Source: Clostridia bacterium (GTDB lineage Bacteria > Bacillota > Clostridia > Christensenellales > CAG-138). From it: a DNA stretch of 64,000 nt. The stretch spans positions 22,243-86,242 of the forward strand of contig JAUNBH010000002.1 of assembly GCA_030527165.1 (NCBI GenBank), written 5' to 3'. The notes beneath the pieces were generated by a model, which did not search any database, was not told the DNA's origin, and saw only the letters and a list, made by a program, of their open reading frames with translations. Position numbers and translations under genes: made by a program. Shown here one piece after another: positions 10,762-19,699 of this stretch (the stretch's first letter is position 1; the number at the start of each line of letters is the position of its first letter).

Positions 10762-11679
10762 TCATAGGTTAAGCAGCTTCATTATGAGCGCCATGCGTAT
10801 GAACATGCCGAAACGAACCTGCTCGAAGTACTTGGCGCGCGGGTCGGAGTCGACTTCCGTGGCTATCTCGTTCACTCTGGGGAGCGGGTGCATGACTATC
10901 ATATCGGGCTTGGCGCACTGCATCTTGGCGGCGGTCAGTATGAAGTAGTCCTTGAGCCGCAGGTACTCCTCCTCGCTTACGAAGCGCTCGCGCTGTACGC
11001 GGGACATGTAGAGTATGTCGAGCTGAGGCATGGAGCCCTCCAGGTCGGACGTTTCGCAGAACTCCACGCCGTGTTTGGATATGGTCTCCTTGACGTAAGC
11101 GGGCATTGAGAGCTCGTCCGGCGATATGAACACAAACCGATTGCGCGGGAAACGCGCGAGGCAGGTGACCAGGGAGTGTATGGTGCGGCCGAATTTGAGG
11201 TCTCCGCACACGCCCACGGAGAGGTTGTCCAGCCTGCCGACACAGCTCATTATGGTCAACAGGTCTGTGAGCGTCTGAGTGGGATGCTGATGTCCGCCGT
11301 CGCCGGCGTTTATAACGGGGCAGTCCGCAAACTTGCTCATGAGGCGCGCAGTGCCCTCCTTGGGGTGTCGGACTACTATGATGTCCGCGTACTGGGACAC
11401 GGTCTTCGCGCTGTCGGCTATCGTCTCGCCTTTGGCAGTGCTCGAGGTGCTGGGGTCGGAGAAGCCTATGACCTGTCCGCCCAGCCGGAGCATGGCGGAG
11501 TCAAACGAGAACTTCGTTCGCGTCGACGGCTCATAAAATAAGCTGGCGAGTATCTTCCCGTCAGCTACATGTTTGAAATTGTCCGGCGACGAAATAATCT
11601 TTTGAGCGTCAGCCACGAGTTCATACAACTCGTCAACCGAGAAGTCGCTTGGATCGATGAGATTCCTGAATCTTGGCAC
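10762..11679 (-). CDS. pyrB: Aspartate carbamoyltransferase catalytic subunit
   Basis: [14 protein letters not shown] and HPLPR motifs. I set the start at the GTG at 11679, preceded by GAGGGGGA. The upstream Cys-rich extension to 11778 is rejected. Confidence 0.9.
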   Translation of the reverse strand: MPRFRNLIDPSDFSVDELYELVADAQKIISSPDNFKHVADGKILASLFYEPSTRTKFSFDSAMLRLGGQVIGFSDPSTSSTAKGETIADSAKTVSQYADIIVVRHPKEGTARLMSKFADCPVINAGDGGHQHPTQTLTDLLTIMSCVGRLDNLSVGVCGDLKFGRTIHSLVTCLARFPRNRFVFISPDELSMPAYVKETISKHGVEFCETSDLEGSMPQLDILYMSRVQRERFVSEEEYLRLKDYFILTAAKMQCAKPDMIVMHPLPRVNEIATEVDSDPRAKYFEQVRFGMFIRMALIMKLLNL

Positions 11680-11710
11680 TTTCAAATCCCCCTCAGCGTA
11701 TTGGGCGCAC

Positions 11711-11778
11711 CCACAACAAAACCAGGTTTGGGCGCAAACCTTAACGAATATTAGACCACATGTGCAGTCATTTGTCAA
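11711..11778 (-). promoter_or_regulatory. Candidate pyr promoter plus a promoter-proximal terminator-like hairpin (possible attenuator)
   Basis: Read on the minus strand: TTGACA (11778-11773), a 17-nt spacer, then TCTAAT/TAATAT. This is followed by hairpin AGGTTTG-CGCC-CAAACCT (11741-11724) and GGTTTTGTTG. Confidence 0.4.
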
Positions 11779-11879
11779 ACTAAATATCAGTGTGCGTGTT
11801 TTGCCGCGGAGCTCGAGGCGCCATTGACGCGGCGGCCAAAGCGTGGTACCTTCAATGTACTGCCGGGGGAGGTGACAGA

Positions 11880-12266
11880 ATGCTTGCGAACGATGTGATA
11901 GATGCTCTGCTGCTGGGATTTGCCCACGTCGAGAAGGACTACAAGCGCGAGTGGGGCTGGTGGCGTTACAGGTTGGACGGCAAGCTCTTTGCCGCGCTGC
12001 TCACGTTGCCAGAGGGTTACAAAGGGTACAGAGCGGGGCGCGTATTGACGCTCAAGTGCGACCCTGCGGAGCTGCCGCACCTGTTGGAGACGTATCCGTG
12101 CATCACACCGGGCTTCTATTGCGACAAGCGCAATTATGCCACCATATACCTGGATGAAGCGGAGGAGACGGTGCCCGCGGGCCTGGTGGAGGCGCTGTGC
12201 GCGGACGCATACAGGCTTGCCGTGGCGCGACTGACGAAGAAGAGGCGGCGCGAATTGGGAATATGA
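11880..12266 (+). CDS. MmcQ/YjbR-family protein
   Basis: …LDGKLFAAL…LTLKCDP…[18 protein letters not shown]…LTKKRRREL matches my recollection of the YjbR fold family. The ATG at 11880 lies behind GGGGAGGTG. Confidence 0.6.
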   Translation: MLANDVIDALLLGFAHVEKDYKREWGWWRYRLDGKLFAALLTLPEGYKGYRAGRVLTLKCDPAELPHLLETYPCITPGFYCDKRNYATIYLDEAEETVPAGLVEALCADAYRLAVARLTKKRRRELGI

Positions 12267-12307
12267 CACGGGCGGCGCGCTTTTGGAGCGCCGCGCTCGA
12301 AAAACGC

Positions 12308-12336
12308 TTGACATTGGGCGGGGCAGGCTGCATAAT
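12308..12336 (+). promoter_or_regulatory. Sigma-A-type promoter for the riboswitch-ATPase transcript
   Basis: TTGACA (12308-12313), a 17-nt spacer, then CATAAT (12331-12336). Confidence 0.6.
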
Positions 12337-12345
12337 ATGATGGTA

Positions 12346-12428
12346 ATAAGGGAGTAGTCGGCGCACGGCGTTGCAGGTCAACAGTACAGAACTATGTTCT
12401 TGGCTCTGCATGAAACGACAAGACTTAT
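12346..12428 (+). promoter_or_regulatory. Candidate yybP-ykoY (Mn2+) riboswitch aptamer
   Basis: 5' AUAAG-GGAGUAG resembles the conserved GGGGAGUAG loop. The 3' …ACGACAAGAC-CUUAU resembles the conserved …AGCAAGACC… segment. AUAAG/CUUAU can form P1. A terminator follows and the downstream gene is a P-type ATPase, a known context for this class. At 83 nt the aptamer is short for the family. Confidence 0.55.
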
Positions 12429-12456
12429 CTGTGTGCGCGATAGGACTGCTCGATGG

Positions 12457-12483
12457 CTCTGTCGTGCACGGCAGGGTTTTTTT
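12457..12483 (+). terminator. Leader terminator (putative riboswitch expression platform)
   Basis: An 8-bp stem CTCTGTCG/CGGCAGGG with two G-U pairs and loop TGCA, followed by T7. It lies 35 nt upstream of the ATPase start. Confidence 0.65.
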
Positions 12484-12517
12484 GGTACCATGAAAGACTG
12501 ATGAAAGGTGGGCGAAC

Positions 12518-15160
12518 ATGAAGGAATACCTGACGGAGCTGGGCGAAGTATTGGAGGCGCAGGGCTCTACCTCGCTGGGGCTGAGCGCGTCGGAGGCGCA
12601 GCGGCGCGCGGAGTTGTACGGCGCGAACAAGCTGAAGGAGGGCAAGCGCACCACTGTGCTCCAGCGCTTCCTCAAGGAATTGGCGAACCCCATGATAATC
12701 ATTTTGATAGTGGCGGCGCTCGTGTCCGGCATTACCGCGATATACGCCGACGAATCGCTGGCGGACGTCATCATAATCATGGCGGTAGTAATAATCAACG
12801 CGGTTCTGGGCGTAGTGCAGGAGAGCAAGGCGGAGAAAGCCATCAAGGCGCTCCAGGACATTGCCGCGGCGACCTCCAAGGTGCTGCGCGACGGCAGGCA
12901 GCTGACTATACGCAGCGAGGAGCTCGTTCCGGGCGACATAATCGTACTGGAGGCGGGTGACGCCGTTCCCGCGGATGCGCGCATAATCGAGTGCGCGAGC
13001 ATGAAGGTGGAGGAAGCGGCGTTAACGGGCGAGTCCGTGCCGGTCAACAAGACGGCGGACGCGCTCGACCTGGGCGAGGCGGCGGACGTGCCGCTCGGCG
13101 ACCGCAGGAACATGGTGTACATGGGCAGTACGCTGGTGTACGGGCGCGGCAAGGCGGTCGTAGTCGCCACGGGTATGGACACCGAGATGGGCAAAATAGC
13201 GGAGGCGATATCCAACGCCAAGGAGGAGGCGACGCCGCTGCAGCGGAAGCTCAACGGCTTGAGCAAAGTGCTCACTTTCTTGGTAATCGGCGTGTGCGCA
13301 GTCATATTCGCCATCGACGTGCTGCGCATATATCCTGACGTATCCGGCGCGGCGCTGCTGGACACCTTCATGATTGCGGTCAGCCTGGCGGTCGCGGCCA
13401 TACCGGAGGGCTTGGCGGCGGTCGTGACGATAGTGCTCTCCATCGGCGTTACCAACATGTCGCGGCGCAACGCCGTGATAAGGCGCCTGACCGCCGTGGA
13501 AACGCTCGGCTGCACGCAGGTTATCTGTTCTGACAAGACGGGCACGCTTACCCAGAATAAGATGACTGTGGTAGAGCACAGCGGAGACGTAGACGCGCTC
13601 GCCGTGGCCATGGCGCTGTGCAGCGACGCGAAGCTCTCGCCGGAGGGCGGCGCGATAGGCGAGCCGACGGAATGCGCACTCGTAAACGACGCCCACGCGC
13701 TGGGTGTGCTCGAGGGGCTTAAATACGAACGCATAGGCGAAGCGCCGTTTGATTCCATGCGCAAGATGATGTCAACCGTGTGTGAGATGGGCGACGGGAG
13801 CATAGTGCAGTACACGAAGGGCGCGCCCGATGAAGTGCTCAAGCGCTGCACTCACGCCCTCATACGGGGCGAGGTGACGCCGCTTACCGATGCGCTGCGA
13901 GCCGAGATACTCGAGTCAAACCGGGCGATGGCGAACAAGGCGTTGCGCGTGTTGTGCGCTGCGAGCAAGCCGCATGACCGCGCTCCCGAGTCCTATGACT
14001 ACCAGTACTTGGAGCGCGATTTGTGCTATTTGGGATTGTCGGGCATGATAGACCCCATACGCCCGGAGGTCAGGGCGGCGATAGAGCAGTGCCGGCGCGC
14101 GGGCATACGCCCCATAATGATAACGGGCGACCACAGGGACACCGCGGTGGCGATAGCGAAGCAGCTCGGCATGATAGAGAGCGAAGCGGAAGCGATATCG
14201 GGCACTGCGCTCGACTCCATGAGCGACGAGGAGCTGCTTGAGAACATAGAGCGCTACTCCGTGTACGCGAGGGTGCAGCCGGAGCACAAGGTCAGGATAG
14301 TCAGCGCGTGGAAAGCGCGCGAGCTGATAACCGCAATGACCGGGGACGGCGTGAACGACGCGCCCTCCATCAAGATTGCGGATATAGGCGTGGGCATGGG
14401 CATAACCGGCACGGACGTGACTAAAAACGTGGCGGACATGGTGCTCACAGACGATAACTTTGCGACAATAGTGTCCGCGGTTGAGGAAGGCAGGCGCATA
14501 TACGCGAATATACGGAAATGCGTCCAGTTCCTGCTCTCGTCCAACCTGGCGGAGGTGCTCAGCATATTCGTATCGACGCTCATGGGATTCACGATACTGC
14601 GTCCGGCGCACTTGCTGTGGATAAATCTCATAACGGACTGCTTCCCCGCGCTTGCGCTCGGAATGGAGCCCAACGAGGCGGATTCCATGGCGACGCCGCC
14701 CCGGAGCTCCCGCGAGGGCATATTCGCGGGCGGTGTAGGCGTGAGCATAGGCGTGCAGGGCGTTATGATAACCGCGCTGACGCTCTTGTCCTACTTCATA
14801 GGCCACTTCGTAGAGTTCGGCAGATGGGAGATAGTCGACAGCGCCGACGGCATGACGATGGCATTCCTTACGCTGTCGCTCGTGCAGATAGCCCACTCAT
14901 TCAACATGCGGTCGCAGCGCGGGTCGCTGTTTACGCTGCCGAGGGGCAACAAGTGGCTGATAGGCTCTGCGGCGGTGTCGCTGCTGTGCACGGTAGCCGT
15001 AGTATACGTTCCGTTCCTCGCCGCGGCATTCGGCTTTGAGGCGGTGTCGCTCGCCGAGTTTGCGATCGCGAGCGGGCTTGCACTGACCATAATACCCCTC
15101 GTCGAGCTGATGAAGCTGGTGCGCCGGGCGCTGGCGAAGCGCACGCGCCGCTTGGCGTAA
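12518..15160 (+). CDS. P-type cation-transporting ATPase (type II, Ca2+/Mn2+-ATPase-like)
   Basis: Phosphorylation site CSDKTGTLT, IPEGL in M4, MITGDH and TGDGVNDAP motifs, and ten predicted TM segments. Confidence 0.9.
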   Translation: MKEYLTELGEVLEAQGSTSLGLSASEAQRRAELYGANKLKEGKRTTVLQRFLKELANPMIIILIVAALVSGITAIYADESLADVIIIMAVVIINAVLGVVQESKAEKAIKALQDIAAATSKVLRDGRQLTIRSEELVPGDIIVLEAGDAVPADARIIECASMKVEEAALTGESVPVNKTADALDLGEAADVPLGDRRNMVYMGSTLVYGRGKAVVVATGMDTEMGKIAEAISNAKEEATPLQRKLNGLSKVLTFLVIGVCAVIFAIDVLRIYPDVSGAALLDTFMIAVSLAVAAIPEGLAAVVTIVLSIGVTNMSRRNAVIRRLTAVETLGCTQVICSDKTGTLTQNKMTVVEHSGDVDALAVAMALCSDAKLSPEGGAIGEPTECALVNDAHALGVLEGLKYERIGEAPFDSMRKMMSTVCEMGDGSIVQYTKGAPDEVLKRCTHALIRGEVTPLTDALRAEILESNRAMANKALRVLCAASKPHDRAPESYDYQYLERDLCYLGLSGMIDPIRPEVRAAIEQCRRAGIRPIMITGDHRDTAVAIAKQLGMIESEAEAISGTALDSMSDEELLENIERYSVYARVQPEHKVRIVSAWKARELITAMTGDGVNDAPSIKIADIGVGMGITGTDVTKNVADMVLTDDNFATIVSAVEEGRRIYANIRKCVQFLLSSNLAEVLSIFVSTLMGFTILRPAHLLWINLITDCFPALALGMEPNEADSMATPPRSSREGIFAGGVGVSIGVQGVMITALTLLSYFIGHFVEFGRWEIVDSADGMTMAFLTLSLVQIAHSFNMRSQRGSLFTLPRGNKWLIGSAAVSLLCTVAVVYVPFLAAAFGFEAVSLAEFAIASGLALTIIPLVELMKLVRRALAKRTRRLA

Positions 15161-15181
15161 CCCGATAGCGCGCAGTTTGAA

Positions 15182-15221
15182 GGAGCGGCGCAGCCTTAGG
15201 GCTGCGCCGCTCCCATTTTCC
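15182..15221. terminator. Intrinsic terminator between the convergent ATPase and CDF genes
   Basis: A 14-bp perfect stem GGAGCGGCGCAGCC/GGCTGCGCCGCTCC with loop TTAG, followed by CATTTTCC. Confidence 0.75.
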
Positions 15222-15255
15222 GGCTGAAAGGCGCGCTTCGCGCTCGCCTTGCGCA

Positions 15256-16425
15256 TTATATAAACGGTCGGTCTATTTGAATGACGGCGTAATACTCGTG
15301 ACCGTCCAGCGCGCGTACTATGCGCGCTATGTCCGATTCCACCTGCGCGTCCGCAGATTTGCAGCCGTGCGGCACCACCACATCGAATATGAGGTTGGTG
15401 TGGGTGGGGCCCGCTACCACGCGAAAGTCGTGTATGCTCATGGCGGGGTCGTATTGGGTCACAGCCTGCGCCACGCGCGCCTTTAGCGCTTTGACGTTGT
15501 CGTCGTCCACGGCCACCGGATCCATGTGGATGACCGCGTGGCAGCGGAGCTCTTGGACAAGTCTTCGCTCTATGTTGTCTATCAGGTCATGCGAGGCCAT
15601 TATGTCGGCGTCCTGCGGGACCTCCGCGTGGAGCGATACCATGCGCCTGCCGGGGCCGTAGTCGTGCACTATGAGGTCATGTATGCCAACGACCCCGTCA
15701 TATGACATAACTATATCATGCACGCTCGTCACAAACGCGCCGTCCGGGGCCTGCCCGAGCAGCGGGGCGGCGGTCTCGATTGCAGAGCGTATGCCCGCGT
15801 AGAATATGAAGCCCGACACGACGAGGCCCGCGTACCCGTCTATGTTCACGGAGAACAGCCTGCTGACTATCATGGACAGCAGCGCAGCGAACGTGGCTAT
15901 GCAGTCGCTGAGACTGTCTATGGAGGTAGCTGCCATTGCCGTCGAGTTGATACGCTTGCCTATGTTGCGGTTGTAGACCGCCATGTAGAGTTTGACGAGT
16001 ATGGAAACGACGAGTATCGCCACCGCGGCGAAATTAAACTCCACTTCGGCGGGCGACACGATCTTTTCAATGGACGAGCGCGCCAGTTCAAATCCCATAA
16101 AGAGTATTATCATGGATACCACGAGCCCGCATATGTACTCCATGCGCCCGTGGCCGAAGGGATGTCCGCCGTCGGGCTTTTTGCTTGCGATTTTGAACGA
16201 GACCAAAGTCACGACCGACGAGCCCGCGTCAGAGAGGTTGTTCAGCGCGTCGGCGGTAACGGCTATGGAGCCGCTCCAAGCCCCTGCAAACAGCTTTGCG
16301 GCGGCAAGCAGCGTGTTGAGAAAGACGCCAATGGCGCCACACAGCGTGCCGTACGCGTCGCGCACCGCCGGATCCGAATAGTTGTCCCTGTTTTTGATGA
16401 ACAGTTTCGAGAGCAAGTTTATCAT
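15256..16425 (-). CDS. Cation diffusion facilitator (CDF) family metal exporter
   Basis: Six TM segments, with …AVTADALNNLSDAGSS… and …DSLSD… metal-site motifs and a C-terminal cytoplasmic domain. Confidence 0.85.
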   Translation of the reverse strand: MINLLSKLFIKNRDNYSDPAVRDAYGTLCGAIGVFLNTLLAAAKLFAGAWSGSIAVTADALNNLSDAGSSVVTLVSFKIASKKPDGGHPFGHGRMEYICGLVVSMIILFMGFELARSSIEKIVSPAEVEFNFAAVAILVVSILVKLYMAVYNRNIGKRINSTAMAATSIDSLSDCIATFAALLSMIVSRLFSVNIDGYAGLVVSGFIFYAGIRSAIETAAPLLGQAPDGAFVTSVHDIVMSYDGVVGIHDLIVHDYGPGRRMVSLHAEVPQDADIMASHDLIDNIERRLVQELRCHAVIHMDPVAVDDDNVKALKARVAQAVTQYDPAMSIHDFRVVAGPTHTNLIFDVVVPHGCKSADAQVESDIARIVRALDGHEYYAVIQIDRPFI

Positions 16426-16457
16426 GTTGAGAGCACCGCCTTGTTTGTTAGGATACT

Positions 16458-16486
16458 ATTATATGACAATGGGCGCCGCATATCAA
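16458..16486 (-). promoter_or_regulatory. Sigma-A-type promoter for the CDF gene
   Basis: Minus strand: TTGATA (16486-16481), a 17-nt spacer, then TATAAT (16463-16458). Confidence 0.6.
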
Positions 16487-16548
16487 ACATTGCCAAATCG
16501 GGTGACAGCCGTGCGAAAGCGTGGTATCATCCGAATAGAGGTGCGAAC

Positions 16549-16881
16549 ATGGAAAACACATTTGAACTAATATACGCCGTAGTGCGGCGCATACCGCGGG
16601 GGCGCGTCGCGACATACGGCCAGGTAGCGGCATTGGCGGGGAATCCGCGTTGGTCGCGCGTGGTCGGCTATGCGCTGCATGTAAACCCGTATCCCGGAGA
16701 GATACCGTGCCACCGGGTAGTCAATCGCTTTGGAGAGATGTCGAGGGCGTTCGCCTTTGGCGGGGTGCAGGTGCAGGAGCAGCTACTCATGGACGAGGGG
16801 GTAGAGGTGCGCGGCGGCAGGGTGGATCTGGAGCGCTACCGTTGGTTTTGCGCGCCCGGGGATTTGGGCGGCGAGCGCTGA
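16549..16881 (+). CDS. MGMT-family protein (methylated-DNA-protein-cysteine methyltransferase DNA-binding domain only)
   Basis: …GRVATYGQVA…PCHRVV… active-site motif. The ATG at 16549 lies behind AGAGGTG. The 277-codon upstream extension in the track is antisense to the CDF gene and is rejected. Confidence 0.8.
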   Translation: MENTFELIYAVVRRIPRGRVATYGQVAALAGNPRWSRVVGYALHVNPYPGEIPCHRVVNRFGEMSRAFAFGGVQVQEQLLMDEGVEVRGGRVDLERYRWFCAPGDLGGER

Positions 16882-17027
16882 GTAAAATCCGCATTTATAT
16901 TTTGCAACAAAACTCGTGCATTTACGGGGACTATAATGTATAATTATAGTCGGTGGGCTGTGTAAATGCTGTTATGTGCCATTTTATTATCATTGCACGC
17001 CGCCAAATCTGCATGGAGGCATAGTGG

Positions 17028-17903
17028 ATGGAAAAACGAAAAAAGCGCTGGGGCGACCGCAAAGACGGTCGTTGGTTGCGTGACATCGATGCGATGCACA
17101 TTGTAAACGCATATGTTCAGCCGAACAGGGCGGACAATGAGGCGTTCATCAGCGAGCGAATTGACCTGACCGAGATCAATGCATACCTTGCCAAGAAGAA
17201 CGCGGGCGATGTTAGGGGGCTGCCCTACACCGTGTTCCACGTCATAGCCGCCGCATTGGCGAAGACCGTGTGCCTGCGCCCCAAGATGAACCGTTTTGTA
17301 CAGGACAGGCGCGTCTATCAGAGGGACACGATAACGCTGTCGTTCGTCATCAAGAAGCGCTTCAACGATGAAGCTGAGGAGGCGCTCGCGTTCATACAGT
17401 GCGACGAGCACACTACTCTCGACACGCTGCACGACGAGCTCGTCAGGCAGGTGACGACGTTTAGGAGCGAGAGCAAGGACAACACGACCGACATGATGGA
17501 GTCGCTCAAGAAAATACCGCGGCCCATACTGTCGTTTTTGATGTGGATACTGACGAAGCTCGACAGGAAGGGCAAAATGCCGGACTTCTTGAGCAAGACG
17601 GATCCGCTGTACGCAACCGTGTTCATATCCAACTTGGGTTCGATAGGCCTCAAGTGCGGATACCACCACCTGTCGAATTGGGGCACAAATTCGGTGTTTG
17701 TGGTGATAGGAGAGAAACAGCTCATGCCGTTCTACGATGCGGACGGGAATGTTGAGATGCGGGAGGCGCTTAACCTTGGGCTGACCATCGACGAGAGGAT
17801 TGCCGACGGCTACTACTACTCAAAAACCGTTAAGCTGCTGAAGCATCTGCTGCACAACCCCGAACTGTTGGAACAGGAAGCGAGTATGGAGGTATCGATA
17901 TGA
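17028..17903 (+). CDS. Stand-alone 2-oxoacid-dehydrogenase E2 / CAT-like acyltransferase catalytic-domain protein (no lipoyl domain)
   Basis: The C-terminal …LGLTIDERIADGYYYSKTVKLLKHLLHNPELL aligns by eye with the E2 motif …DHRxxDG…P..LL. Its stop overlaps the next start (ATGA). Confidence 0.6.
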   Translation: MEKRKKRWGDRKDGRWLRDIDAMHIVNAYVQPNRADNEAFISERIDLTEINAYLAKKNAGDVRGLPYTVFHVIAAALAKTVCLRPKMNRFVQDRRVYQRDTITLSFVIKKRFNDEAEEALAFIQCDEHTTLDTLHDELVRQVTTFRSESKDNTTDMMESLKKIPRPILSFLMWILTKLDRKGKMPDFLSKTDPLYATVFISNLGSIGLKCGYHHLSNWGTNSVFVVIGEKQLMPFYDADGNVEMREALNLGLTIDERIADGYYYSKTVKLLKHLLHNPELLEQEASMEVSI

Positions 17904-19615
17904 ACGCGACGAGCATAAGGACCCCTTGGGTGAACTACTGCGGGGATGTCCCGCTGAAACTTGAGTATTCAAAGCGGTCGTTGAGCGGCGAGGTGTTTGC
18001 AACAGCCGCCAGGTATCCGGATTACACCGCGTACGAATTCCTGGGCAGCGCTACGACTTACAGGGATGCGGCGAAGGAAATAAAGCGCTGTGCGCGAGCC
18101 CTCGTAAAGCTCGGTATCAAGCCCGGGGAAAAGGTGACGGTCTGCATGCCCAACACACCTCAGGCGATAAGCATGTTCTACGCAATAAACGCCATAGGCG
18201 CGATAGCAAACATGGTGCATCCGCTGTCGTCGGAGCGCGAGATAGCGTTCTACATAAACGACTCGCAGAGCGTCGCCGCGCTGACGCTGGACAGGTTTTA
18301 CGGCAAATTCGAAGCGATACGCGCCGACGCGCCCACGCTCAAGCACCTGATAATCACGAGCATAGGGGACGCGCTCTCGCCCATAATGAAGGTGGGCTAC
18401 ACGCTTACGCAGGGGCGAAAGGTCAAAAAGGTGCCCAAAGATGCCGACATAGTGAAGTGGAATGCCTTCATGAAGACCGGAGATGACGAGAGCGTTGCGC
18501 TGCCGCCGGAGCGGCCGGCTACTGATCCCGCCGTGGTGCTTTACAGCGGCGGCACGACCGGCGTAACGAAGGGCATACTGCTGTCAAATCTCAATTTCAA
18601 TGCCTTGGGCGCGCAGATAGTGGCGACCAACCCAATGTTCTCGCCCGGGGACAAAATGCTGGCGATAATGCCCATGTTCCACGGCTTCGGACTGGGGGTA
18701 AGCATACACTCCATGCTCGTAAACGGCGGCCAGTGCATACTCGTACCGCAGTTCACGCCCAAGACCTACGCGCAGCTGTTGGCGAAGCACAAGCCCAACT
18801 TCATAGCGGGCGTGCCCACCCTGTTTGAGGCCCTTCTGAGGATAGACGGGCTGGAAAAGCTCGACCTGTCCTGTCTCAAGGGCGTGTTCTCGGGAGGCGA
18901 CTCGCTCTCTGCGGAGCTCAAGAAGCGCTTTGACGCGTTCCTCGTGGCGCACAACGCCTCGGTGGAAGTGAGGGAGGGTTATGGCACTACGGAGTGCGTT
19001 ACCGCGAGCTGTCTGACGCCGTATCACATGTCCCGCGAGGGCAGCATAGGCATTCCGTTCCCGGATACCTACTACAAGATAGTCAAGGTAGGTACCACGA
19101 GCGAGGTCGAGTACGGGGTAGAGGGCGAGATATGCCTCACCGGGCCGACGATGATGATAGAGTACGTCAACCAGCCGGAAGAGACGGCGAACACGCTCAA
19201 GCTGCATTCGGACGGCATGACATGGGTGCACACGGGAGACTTGGGCGTAATGGACGGCGACGGTTTCATATACTTCCGCCAGCGCATCAAGCGGATGATA
19301 ATCACCAGCGGCTACAACGTATACCCCTCGCAGATCGAGAACATACTGGAGGCGCACGAGAGCGTGCATCTCAGCTGCGTGATCGGCATAAAAGACCCGT
19401 ACAAGATTCAGAAGGTCAAGGCGTTCATAGTGCTCAAGCCGGGCTACTCCCCCTCGGACGAGGTGAAGGAGAGCATACTCGCTTACTGCCGCAAGAACAT
19501 AGCGAAGTACGCAATGCCCTACGACATAGAGTTCAGGGACGAGCTGCCCAAGACTTTGGTCGGCAAGGTGGCGTACAGGGTTCTCGAGGAGGAGGAAGCC
19601 GTAAAGGCGGGATGA
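17900..19615 (+). CDS. AMP-binding enzyme (long-chain acyl-CoA synthetase-like)
   Basis: AMP-binding signature LYSGGTTGVTKG, plus GYGTTE, TGDLG and a C-terminal …GKVAYRVL lysine. Confidence 0.88.
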   Translation: MNATSIRTPWVNYCGDVPLKLEYSKRSLSGEVFATAARYPDYTAYEFLGSATTYRDAAKEIKRCARALVKLGIKPGEKVTVCMPNTPQAISMFYAINAIGAIANMVHPLSSEREIAFYINDSQSVAALTLDRFYGKFEAIRADAPTLKHLIITSIGDALSPIMKVGYTLTQGRKVKKVPKDADIVKWNAFMKTGDDESVALPPERPATDPAVVLYSGGTTGVTKGILLSNLNFNALGAQIVATNPMFSPGDKMLAIMPMFHGFGLGVSIHSMLVNGGQCILVPQFTPKTYAQLLAKHKPNFIAGVPTLFEALLRIDGLEKLDLSCLKGVFSGGDSLSAELKKRFDAFLVAHNASVEVREGYGTTECVTASCLTPYHMSREGSIGIPFPDTYYKIVKVGTTSEVEYGVEGEICLTGPTMMIEYVNQPEETANTLKLHSDGMTWVHTGDLGVMDGDGFIYFRQRIKRMIITSGYNVYPSQIENILEAHESVHLSCVIGIKDPYKIQKVKAFIVLKPGYSPSDEVKESILAYCRKNIAKYAMPYDIEFRDELPKTLVGKVAYRVLEEEEAVKAG

Positions 19616-19667
19616 GCGCGGGCGGCGCATGCCGCATAACCGAATAGCATCGCTTTTGCACAGTGTG

Positions 19668-19699
19668 ACGGCGCGGCCTCGCGGAGGCGGCGCCGTTTT
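19668..19699 (+). terminator. Intrinsic terminator after the acyl-CoA ligase gene
   Basis: A 13-position stem (12 pairs, one mismatch) ACGGCGCGGCCTC / GAGGCGGCGCCGT with loop GCG, followed by TTTT. Confidence 0.7.

Noticed and set aside
12103-13851. A 582-aa minus-strand ORF antisense to the P-type ATPase. The same applies to the other long antisense ORFs: 4165-5208, 18584-19744, 20842-21795, 36634-37593, 37624-38532, 54259-55407 and 13916-14896.
   Set aside because: Their translations are low-complexity Ser/Ala/Arg/Pro-rich strings with no motifs. The opposite strand in each case encodes a protein with canonical motifs. Long shadow ORFs are expected in GC-rich DNA.
15718-16548. The upstream 277 codons of the 387-aa ORF that contains the MGMT-family domain.
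   Set aside because: This stretch is antisense to the CDF transporter and Arg/His-rich. The real gene starts at MENTFELIY behind an RBS.
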